DNA of 64,000 bases, taken from positions 96,001 to 160,000 of the forward strand of contig CAYSHM010000004.1 of the NCBI GenBank assembly GCA_964430885.1, in the 5' to 3' direction. The notes under the pieces were generated by a model that was not told the DNA's origin, did no database searches, and saw only the letters and a list, made by a program, of their open reading frames with translations. The translations under genes and the position numbers were made by a program. The stretch's first letter is position 1, and each line of letters starts with the position of its first letter. The stretch comes from an uncultured archaeon. GTDB taxonomy: Archaea > Thermoplasmatota > Penumbrarchaeia > JASLWR01. This document shows, one piece after another, positions 48,911 through 56,883 of this stretch.

Positions 48911-49040
48911 TGAGCACGGAGGGATTTGAACCCCCGATCTACAGGTATCTCCTGCTTTGCTGTAGGACAATGTGGCGTGAAGCTGCCCCATTTAGGACCA
49001 ACCGAAGCCTGTCGCATTATCCGAGCTATGCTACGTGCCC
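48911..49040 (-). tRNA. tRNA-Arg(UCG) with 55-nt intron at 37/38 (48947..49001)
   Basis: GGGCACG/CGTGCTC acceptor; ACAGG-CT-TCG-G|intron|A-CCTGT; BHB central helix CTTC/GGAG with 3-nt bulges; GGTTCAAATCC. Confidence 0.9.
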
Positions 49041-49170
49041 ACGATTTAACGGGTTTACGAATGAAATTGTGGGAACGTTTGTGACATTAATATGTAACAT
49101 TACGTGCCCTCGTACACCCAATTTACAACCGAAGCTAATTCCTTATATTAGTAATTATATTTTACCCGCC

Positions 49171-50181
49171 CTATAGTTGATATCGATAGTCATCTGATAC
49201 CTTTTGATACTCGTTTAGAGGGGATTCACCCATTAGTTCTCTTATCTGCGGAAGGTAACCTTCGCACCATCTAGAAGCCCATTTTTCCTTGAAGCTCATA
49301 CTAGCGTTTGACCCGCTTCTTTTATGATTGTAAAGTAATGCGAAGAACAGTTTTTCCCATTCATTCTGATTGCTTACATCGATATTCGAAATCTTTTCCT
49401 CGCCGACCGGATGGCGGATTATTAGATAATCATACCTGGATCTATGGCCGTGATGGGTATCGAATATTATACTGGAAACCGAGTCCCATCTTATTGAATA
49501 TTCAGTCTTGCCCCTTTTCCTCTTGATTTCTCTGAGCCCTACGATTATCTCATTATGCATTACCCATTTCTTCCAGAGGACCACACCTAATACGATGAAC
49601 AATATGCCTGTAAATCCAAGATACGAAAGGGCTTGGAATACATCTCCCCAATATCCCCATTCATTATAGACTACATAGGCACTTAAAAGCAGTGAAGCTC
49701 CTCCGAAAGCCAGTATGAATCCAACTAGGATGGTTTTCCAGGATTTGGATATGACCACCTTATAATCATTAGGGAAGTTCTTTATTATTAGTACCGACCG
49801 CCCCAATGCTACATAGAACGAGATGACATATCCCACCCACAGTAGAACAACTCCAAACATCAATAGAATACACAGCATATCCCCAAATGCGGTGATGGCC
49901 GATATCCAGGAAAACCCAATAGGTATAACGAGGCATAGGATGATACATAATACCAGCCATAATTTCTGGTTCATATTCCGCCCGTCGCTTTTCATTTTTA
50001 CAAATAAGAGAAATAAGGCAGTAATAAATATGGAGATACCAGTTGACACAAATCCGAACAGTATAGGTCTTTCTCCACCATTTTCGTCCTCTTCCTCTTC
50101 ATTCTGTCCGCTGACTGCATTCAATAGCAATGTGAAAACCAGGAAGATTGCAAATAGAATAATTAACTTCTTCAACCTCAT
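49171..50181 (-). CDS. Membrane protein with C-terminal soluble (bacterial PH-like) domain, paralog B
   Basis: Signal peptide, about 5 TM helices, then NEIIVG..YSIRWDSV; collinear with 50250..51221. Confidence 0.75.
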   Translation of the reverse strand: MRLKKLIILFAIFLVFTLLLNAVSGQNEEEEDENGGERPILFGFVSTGISIFITALFLLFVKMKSDGRNMNQKLWLVLCIILCLVIPIGFSWISAITAFGDMLCILLMFGVVLLWVGYVISFYVALGRSVLIIKNFPNDYKVVISKSWKTILVGFILAFGGASLLLSAYVVYNEWGYWGDVFQALSYLGFTGILFIVLGVVLWKKWVMHNEIIVGLREIKRKRGKTEYSIRWDSVSSIIFDTHHGHRSRYDYLIIRHPVGEEKISNIDVSNQNEWEKLFFALLYNHKRSGSNASMSFKEKWASRWCEGYLPQIRELMGESPLNEYQKVSDDYRYQL

Positions 50182-50219
50182 ATTGTCCTACTTCCTATCT
50201 GCTAAGCTCAATAATATCA

Positions 50220-50231
50220 ATTGAATAAATC
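50220..50231 (-). promoter_or_regulatory. Putative TATA-like promoter element GATTTATTCAAT (copy 1)
   Basis: Identical 12-mer about 35-40 nt upstream of both paralog starts, preceded by an A-rich BRE-like stretch. Confidence 0.45.
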
Positions 50232-50249
50232 TTTTTTTGATCAATCACA

Positions 50250-51221
50250 TCAGTAGTTCTCATTTTCCAATAAACGGTCAATTTGGGGGGCATATCCATT
50301 TGCCCATTTTCGGCCCCAGTCCGCTTCATATTGGAGGGATGCGTTCGAATCGCTCCGAGTGTGATTGTAGATTATAGCAAAGAAAAACATTTCAAATTCG
50401 TTGGGGTTTGTGATATCGGCACCTGATACGTCCAGTTTTCCGCTAATGTGATATATCCTTATTCTGTTATGGTGGGCGCGTCCCCACCAATGAGTATCAA
50501 ATTTTATTTTATGTACGAGATCCCAGGGTACTGAATAACTCCGATTGCCGGAAATTATTTTCATCTCCTTGGGGCCTACGGTTATCTCATTTCTTCTAAC
50601 CCACCTGAACCAAATAATCACACCGCCAGCTAGTGTGCCTATACCTCCAGCTACAAAATATAGACCAGGGTACAAGGAATCTGACCAATTTTTCGCTTCC
50701 GCATAAACAAAATAGCATCCATAGATCAATGTGGCGGCACCCATTCCCAATATCACAAATGCAATTATAGTTTTCCATTTCTTTGGAATTACCACCCTGA
50801 ATTCATCAGGGAAATCTTTAATGTACGCAACAGAACCGCGGTATGCTTTGTCGAATATTCCAATAAATCCTGCAACCGATCCGAAAGCTCCGATATATAG
50901 AACAAAACAAAGCGCCCCTTCGCCATCTGTAAATATTGATGACCAGAAGAATGATACAGGAAGTAAAAAACACATCAGAACGCAAAGCATCATCCAAAAT
51001 TTACGTTTTAATGATCTATTTGAGCTTCTTTTTTTAACAAATATCAGCATAAAAGCTGTAAACAGCAGAAATATACCAGACCAAAATAAGTTTGCCAAGA
51101 TAGGGTCCGTTTCATCTTCCTCCCCCTCATTTTTCAAATCCTGGCCCAAGACGGTGCATGATAGCAATACCGATATCAGTATGATTGTTGAAAACAGAAT
51201 AATGAACCTATGGAATATCAT
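50250..51221 (-). CDS. Membrane protein with C-terminal soluble (bacterial PH-like) domain, paralog A
   Basis: Shares IK.FP..F/Y.VVI.K.WKTI, NEI.VG, FDTH, FFA..YNH.RS.SNAS, GY.PQI with 49171..50181. Confidence 0.75.
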   Translation of the reverse strand: MIFHRFIILFSTIILISVLLSCTVLGQDLKNEGEEDETDPILANLFWSGIFLLFTAFMLIFVKKRSSNRSLKRKFWMMLCVLMCFLLPVSFFWSSIFTDGEGALCFVLYIGAFGSVAGFIGIFDKAYRGSVAYIKDFPDEFRVVIPKKWKTIIAFVILGMGAATLIYGCYFVYAEAKNWSDSLYPGLYFVAGGIGTLAGGVIIWFRWVRRNEITVGPKEMKIISGNRSYSVPWDLVHKIKFDTHWWGRAHHNRIRIYHISGKLDVSGADITNPNEFEMFFFAIIYNHTRSDSNASLQYEADWGRKWANGYAPQIDRLLENENY

Positions 51222-51255
51222 CTGAACTCCCTTTTAGGAAGTTTACATGATTCTG

Positions 51256-51267
51256 ATTGAATAAATC
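51256..51267 (-). promoter_or_regulatory. Putative TATA-like promoter element GATTTATTCAAT (copy 2)
   Basis: Same 12-mer as 50220..50231. Confidence 0.45.
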
Positions 51268-51298
51268 ATTTGTGCACTAATAATATCAATCTTCACAG

Positions 51299-53746
51299 CT
51301 ATTCCAAAAGGGTTTCTGAATAAATTTGGCATATTGTCTCGTACATGATATCCGCTGAACGCCATCTGTCTTCCTTGTTCTTAGCTAGAGCCTTTAAGAT
51401 GATTCGAGATAATTCCACCGGAACCTTGGGGTTTATGTCCGAAGCCGGCTCAGGTTTTTTATCGAGGACATTTTGTATTGCAACTACAGGGTCTTTATCC
51501 TTGAAAGGATGAACTCCGGCTGTAAGTTCGTAGATGACAGTTCCTAGAAGGAATATATCCGTGCTCCAATCCACATCGCCATATTTTTCAGGGTCCAGCT
51601 GTTCCGGTGCACAGTAGGAAATGGTCTTACTCCCCTTTTTCAGTTTTCCTTCTTCACCACCGGCCATGAACTTTCCGATCCCCCAATCACTGATCTTTGC
51701 CATCCCATCCACAGTGAATAGAATATTCTCCGGTTTTATATCTCTGTGAACAGTTGCCATTCTATGTGCGTATGACACAGCATCTAAAAGAGATATCGAT
51801 ATCTTCAGACAACTTTCCATGTCGAGATGTTTGTTCTTGATAAGGTCCTTGAGATTCCCACCTTCCATCAGTTCCATGGCTATAAAGGGTACAGGTTCGG
51901 TTCCGCTTTTGTAGAACTCCACAATATTGGGATGTTTCAGCTTACCCCAGATAGTGGCTTCTCTTTCGAACTTATTGTATACCGACATGTCAAGTGTTTC
52001 ATCCACCGCTTTAGGCATCTTAATGGCAGCTTTCCCATGTTCCAGACTTTTAGCACCGTAGACCTTGGCGAAACCACCTTCTCCAATTTCATGGGTCAGT
52101 GAATAATTCGGTATTATATTGGCAATATGCTTCTGTGCTGGCTCTTGCAGTCTTTTGGATTCCCCATGAAAGCCCGAAATTTTCTTTTCCTCCTCATCAA
52201 ATTGATATGTCCCCATGAATCTAGTCTTCCTCTTTTGACTGATCTTGATGACTAGAACCACTAGGAAAACCACGAACAGTACCATGATGATATAGAAAAC
52301 ATAGTTGTTAAATTCTTTAAGCCAATCCCCATTATCCCCTATTCCGTCTCCCATAGGCCAATCCTCATCCTTCCAATCACTTCCATCCTTTGGAAAATGA
52401 TCTAGTGAAAGGCCGGTTGTGGATTCTTTTTCACTCCAACCACTGTTCCATTCATCAGGATACCCGTCGCCATCCGTATCCTTGCTGGCCGAAGGATCAA
52501 TAGGAAATGCATCGAGTGCAAGGCCGGTTTGATTGATATGGTAACTCAGCGAGGAAGGGAGCTGATTCCATTCATCCGGAAATCCGTCATCATCGGAATC
52601 TTTAGATGCTTCGGTGCGGTTGGGAAATGCATCCAGATACAACCCTGAGGTCGAATCATCCTGTCCTTTACCCTGATTCCAGACCTCAGGAAATCCATCA
52701 TCATCATTATCCTTCGAAGCGGATATATCATTGGGGAATGCATCCTCTTCTAAGAGAAAACCGTCTTCATCGGGGTCCATATCCACCAGGATCATTGTTC
52801 CGTCTGAAAGTCCGAAGCAGCATTTATTTCCATCAGGGTGGATATCCGAACTATATACATCGGTCCCAGCCTTACCCAACTGATGCAGATGTTCCCTTCC
52901 TTCCAGATTCCATATGACCGCTCTTCCGTCCATCCCTCCTGATATCATATGTTCCCTTCTCCCCGCTATACAGCTTATGTCGGCGTCATGTAGGGTGAGC
53001 TCATCCTGCGTTGCCAGTGTTCGATTGTATATGTTAATTATACCATCTGTGGAGCCTGAAATGATCACATTTTCATCGAACCATAGAACGTCTACTACAG
53101 GCCCTTCATGGACATCCTCAACTACATCAAGGATTTTCGTACTGAGGTTATAGATGTAAATACTGCCGTCCTTATCTCCGCACACAATGCTGCTGTCATC
53201 GGGTGAGAAGCAGACTGAAATAGCCATGGTCTGCAGATCCACAGAATCGATCTGGCTCATAGCATCAGTGTCGTAGATGGACACCTTTCCGCTCCTTGTG
53301 GCTGCTGCAAATCTATTACCATCATTGGAGTAATCTACAGTGTCGATGCTCCCATACGGAAGAACTATGGATTCCTTCATCGCACCTGTAACAGTGTTGA
53401 CGAGATAGAGGGTGGAATTACCCCCGCTCACGGCCTTGCTTCCGATCACTCCTTCAGTTCCATCGTTCATTATATCAAGTGAGAATAGTTCGCCGCCCAG
53501 TGAAACTGAGTTCCTTAAACTGCCGCCGTAATTATATATCTCCACGAAGCCGTCCACGGTAACTGCCATGATGTTCTCCTTGCCAGGGATGAAACATAAA
53601 TCGTTTATACCCTCTCTATTCTCGGCGGTGATGGTGCTTGCAGAATAATAATTTTGTGTATCCTCGGCTGCCGAGGCTAATCCTGATAGGATGATTGCAC
53701 CAAGTAATAGTAATGCAGTGAAAGCCGTTCGAATAGATATTCTCAT
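51299..53746 (-). CDS. Transmembrane receptor-type Ser/Thr protein kinase (extracellular WD40 propeller + thrombospondin type 3-like Ca repeats)
   Basis: Signal peptide; WD40 repeats; four D[AH]FP..D.D.DG repeats; TM helix; GEGGFAKVY, AAIK, HRDIKPEN, DWG, YCAPEQ, DIFLLG. Confidence 0.93.
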   Translation of the reverse strand: MRISIRTAFTALLLLGAIILSGLASAAEDTQNYYSASTITAENREGINDLCFIPGKENIMAVTVDGFVEIYNYGGSLRNSVSLGGELFSLDIMNDGTEGVIGSKAVSGGNSTLYLVNTVTGAMKESIVLPYGSIDTVDYSNDGNRFAAATRSGKVSIYDTDAMSQIDSVDLQTMAISVCFSPDDSSIVCGDKDGSIYIYNLSTKILDVVEDVHEGPVVDVLWFDENVIISGSTDGIINIYNRTLATQDELTLHDADISCIAGRREHMISGGMDGRAVIWNLEGREHLHQLGKAGTDVYSSDIHPDGNKCCFGLSDGTMILVDMDPDEDGFLLEEDAFPNDISASKDNDDDGFPEVWNQGKGQDDSTSGLYLDAFPNRTEASKDSDDDGFPDEWNQLPSSLSYHINQTGLALDAFPIDPSASKDTDGDGYPDEWNSGWSEKESTTGLSLDHFPKDGSDWKDEDWPMGDGIGDNGDWLKEFNNYVFYIIMVLFVVFLVVLVIKISQKRKTRFMGTYQFDEEEKKISGFHGESKRLQEPAQKHIANIIPNYSLTHEIGEGGFAKVYGAKSLEHGKAAIKMPKAVDETLDMSVYNKFEREATIWGKLKHPNIVEFYKSGTEPVPFIAMELMEGGNLKDLIKNKHLDMESCLKISISLLDAVSYAHRMATVHRDIKPENILFTVDGMAKISDWGIGKFMAGGEEGKLKKGSKTISYCAPEQLDPEKYGDVDWSTDIFLLGTVIYELTAGVHPFKDKDPVVAIQNVLDKKPEPASDINPKVPVELSRIILKALAKNKEDRWRSADIMYETICQIYSETLLE

Positions 53747-53760
53747 TTATTTCCTCCATT

Positions 53761-55773
53761 TCATTCCTTTCTTCTGGCATAAAGTACAATGATGATTATT
53801 ATTACACTCAGGGTTACGGTAAGTACAAATAAAATGCCGAAACCGCCCATGCCAGAACTATCTTCTTTTTCACTGCTATCTCCAGCACCTGCATGAGAGC
53901 TGTCATCATCTTCATAGTCGAACTTGCTTGAGCCGCCCTGGTTTCCACCAGCGGTTCCGGTATCATCATATGTGAGATCATTATCGTCATCCAGGTCTTC
54001 GGCGGTATTATCGGGCTCATCGTCATCTACCTCCCCCTCCTCCTTTTCCTCCTCCTTTACCACCAGTATCATGGTGGTGTACTCAGTGACTATCTGGTGT
54101 TCTATTGCTGTATCGATGAGTTCCTGTTCATAGATGGAAGGGTCGTCCTCCATGAGCATCTTCTCCTCGCACCACCGAATATGCATGAATGCCCAGAAGG
54201 TTTCTATGAACTGATTTACCCTTTCTACCGAGAGGAAGCTTCCAGTAAAGTCCATGGATGAATTGCCGGCAGCCGAACCTGAACCCTGGAAAACAAGGTC
54301 ATTTGCTGTGTTCTTAACCTTGCCTACAACGCAGTGTTCCTGCCCCTGGAACAGGTAGGGGGCATGCCGCTGATAAACGCTCATGGCATTCTCATATTTC
54401 AGTTCCAGATCGAATATAAGGGGGACTGAAATGGTGTCATAGAAAGAAGTGATCTGCTCGGACATGTCTTTGGAATCATCTATCCGGTAAGCTCTTGCGT
54501 AGTTCATGAAGGACAGCCGTTCCAGAAATTCGAAATCCATGTCATAGCCGACACCTAGAGAAAAAATAGAGGTTCTGTCTGAATTCAGGTTCTTAATGTA
54601 TTCACAGATTGCAGGAGCGGATGTAATGTTTCCTGCAGTCGGATTTCCGTCTGTCAGAAAAACAATTATCTTCATCCGCTCGTCAGTATCCACGAAAATT
54701 TCCAATCCCTGTTCCAGCGAATCGACTATGTTGGTACCTCCCCCGGCATTAATAGTATTGATGTAGTCCTTAGCCTCTTGAATAGAGGTATTTGTGGGGT
54801 TTTGTATATTGTCTTTCCATACAGTGAAATCGTTAGAGAAAGAAATAATGTTGAACCTATCATATTCCAAAGATAGCTGGTCAACAATAACACCGAAGGC
54901 TGATTTGGTCTGATCCATCTTATCCCCCTGCATGGAACCTGAACGATCAACGATAAAGACAATGTCCTTCTTAAGAGGTTTTCCCCCCAGCTCGTTCAGA
55001 CCAGGAGCGAAAGTATGGACGAAATATCTATTTTCCTCTTCTTCGTGGAACAGTATGGTACCGTTGGTCTGAGTATCCATGGTTTCGAATTTCACTCCCG
55101 CCGCTTGATCTAGTTTATCATTTGACAGCTGTACGTCAAGTGAAAATCTTTTTGATCCTTTATAATTGATGAGATTCCTATCCAAATTTATTGTCCCATC
55201 AGAAATAATCATAGTACTTGACTCTACATTGAAGCTTAACTCAGCCCCTATTTTTGTAAACTCGGGCAGATGGTTAGACGGGGTTATACTGAACTCAAAT
55301 CCGCCCAGTTCTTTAACGAGGAACATGTTGTATGTATAGGATAAATCCATCATCTTGCCCGGTTCAAGGTTCAGAGTCATTGAAAAACGGCTCACAGATA
55401 GTTTTTCAAGTTTTATTGCACTCTTACTCTGATTCACGGCCTCTTCGTATTCCAGCTGGGCTTGTTTTGCTTCTTTTACTTCTCCATAGTAGGTCGAATT
55501 ATTATATTTCAGGGTGAGATTTGTTAAAAATGCTTCATCGGGGATGTCCATATTATATTCAAATTCCCGAGAGGTAGACCCGCCGTTCTTCAAGGTTAGA
55601 CTTGTAGTCACCGTCACGAAGGAATTGCTGATATCGACAGCAATTATCGGAGTACTTACAGTGATGTCGGATGCTCTTCCATTGTCTCTTTGTCCCTGAC
55701 TAGTAGGTATCACCGCAAGGAACAGCAAGAGGACAAATAGAAGTCCGAAATTTTTTCTGATGTTTTTTTTCAT
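53761..55773 (-). CDS. VIT + vWA domain surface protein (inter-alpha-trypsin inhibitor heavy chain-like), paralog 2
   Basis: VIT motifs (IPDEAFLTNL, GEVKEAKQAQLEYEEAV), MIDAS DRSGS/GGTN/LTDG, IVTEYTTM; tail GGFG + TM + RRKE; GGAGG RBS. Confidence 0.92.
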   Translation of the reverse strand: MKKNIRKNFGLLFVLLLFLAVIPTSQGQRDNGRASDITVSTPIIAVDISNSFVTVTTSLTLKNGGSTSREFEYNMDIPDEAFLTNLTLKYNNSTYYGEVKEAKQAQLEYEEAVNQSKSAIKLEKLSVSRFSMTLNLEPGKMMDLSYTYNMFLVKELGGFEFSITPSNHLPEFTKIGAELSFNVESSTMIISDGTINLDRNLINYKGSKRFSLDVQLSNDKLDQAAGVKFETMDTQTNGTILFHEEEENRYFVHTFAPGLNELGGKPLKKDIVFIVDRSGSMQGDKMDQTKSAFGVIVDQLSLEYDRFNIISFSNDFTVWKDNIQNPTNTSIQEAKDYINTINAGGGTNIVDSLEQGLEIFVDTDERMKIIVFLTDGNPTAGNITSAPAICEYIKNLNSDRTSIFSLGVGYDMDFEFLERLSFMNYARAYRIDDSKDMSEQITSFYDTISVPLIFDLELKYENAMSVYQRHAPYLFQGQEHCVVGKVKNTANDLVFQGSGSAAGNSSMDFTGSFLSVERVNQFIETFWAFMHIRWCEEKMLMEDDPSIYEQELIDTAIEHQIVTEYTTMILVVKEEEKEEGEVDDDEPDNTAEDLDDDNDLTYDDTGTAGGNQGGSSKFDYEDDDSSHAGAGDSSEKEDSSGMGGFGILFVLTVTLSVIIIIIVLYARRKE

Positions 55774-55914
55774 AATATTTCCTCCATATCCCAAATAGGA
55801 TAAAAGTGTATATTTATTAAATGTGATTCATTATTATAAATGTATTTTGGTACGTCCGTGGGATTATTATATAAAAATTTTGGAAATAAGGGAAGAACCG
55901 CTCTTATTATCCTT

Positions 55915-56874
55915 TCAGAAAGTAATTTGACGGCCCTTGGTTTTATTACCTTTCTTTTTCTTGTTGAAATAAATGACTGGCACCCAAAACAACAAGTTCC
56001 ATATGACAAAGAGTACCGTGCCCAGATATGTATGTACGAAGGCCATAGCCTCCATTCCATATCTCATAGCAATAAGTACCAGGATGGTCAATCTGATCAT
56101 GTTTGCCGAATATCCGATTATTATACCAAGGGCCGCTAATGGCAGACCTTTTCTAATGCTGTACCTTGAGGCTACCATATAGGATATCATCACTGCTAGG
56201 AATGTCGCTATTGAGAAATATCCTGAACACGGGGGGCCGATGTAGAGGGAAGTTGGTCCCGAAGGTGCGGTGAAGAATAATACCTGTTTATGCCTAGCTA
56301 TATCAAGTCCCAGTATGCCGAGCCATTTGGTCAGGGGCCCCACGGTGAATCGGATGTTCATGGTGGAGCGGAAAGCTCCTGATGGAAAAACGATCACAGA
56401 TGTCTTGTGTGCTATCACCACACCTAGTACGAATATCGCAAAGAAAATAAGTAGGAATCTGCTCTCCCAACTGAACTTCCGCTCCAGAATGGGGTATGCC
56501 GTTATAAATGATCCGAAGGCCAGAAGTACCAGGTCATAATTATTGAAGGCCGATTCACCTTTAGGAGTTGACAGAGTAAGAAGAAGGGTTACTAAGAGGA
56601 TTATTATGCCCAGAATGGGGAAATATATGCTCCTTTGCCTCTTTTCAGCACGTTTTTTACCCTCAACTTCGTTTCCTTTTCCTGATCCGAATCTTTTATT
56701 AATGAACCTATACGCTACCTGCACCTTGTCTTTTGTTCCCCAAATGCTGAGGCCGATTCCCAGCGCCATCATCAGCGGCCCTATGATCCATTTGAATGGA
56801 GTATGAGAATACACTACCATTTCCCTCATTCCAACTCCCGAGAGGAGCAGCCCCGCTATCACCCTAAATCTCAT
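55915..56874 (-). CDS. artC: Archaeosortase (exosortase family), ArtC/PEF-CTERM type
   Basis: Polytopic; catalytic PCSG, ANMIR and VHTYLG (Cys/Arg/His); directly downstream of a PEF-CTERM substrate gene. Confidence 0.8.
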   Translation of the reverse strand: MRFRVIAGLLLSGVGMREMVVYSHTPFKWIIGPLMMALGIGLSIWGTKDKVQVAYRFINKRFGSGKGNEVEGKKRAEKRQRSIYFPILGIIILLVTLLLTLSTPKGESAFNNYDLVLLAFGSFITAYPILERKFSWESRFLLIFFAIFVLGVVIAHKTSVIVFPSGAFRSTMNIRFTVGPLTKWLGILGLDIARHKQVLFFTAPSGPTSLYIGPPCSGYFSIATFLAVMISYMVASRYSIRKGLPLAALGIIIGYSANMIRLTILVLIAMRYGMEAMAFVHTYLGTVLFVIWNLLFWVPVIYFNKKKKGNKTKGRQITF

Positions 56875-56883
56875 ATGCTCCAC

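Noticed and set aside
48886-49176. 96-aa plus-strand ORF
   Set aside because: Overlaps the intron-containing tRNA-Arg on the opposite strand; no protein-like features
52320-52780. Regularly spaced ggaaatgcatc-type repeats that could suggest a CRISPR array
   Set aside because: Degenerate coding repeats (DAFP..D.DG, TSP3-like) inside the kinase gene; no cas genes or constant repeat
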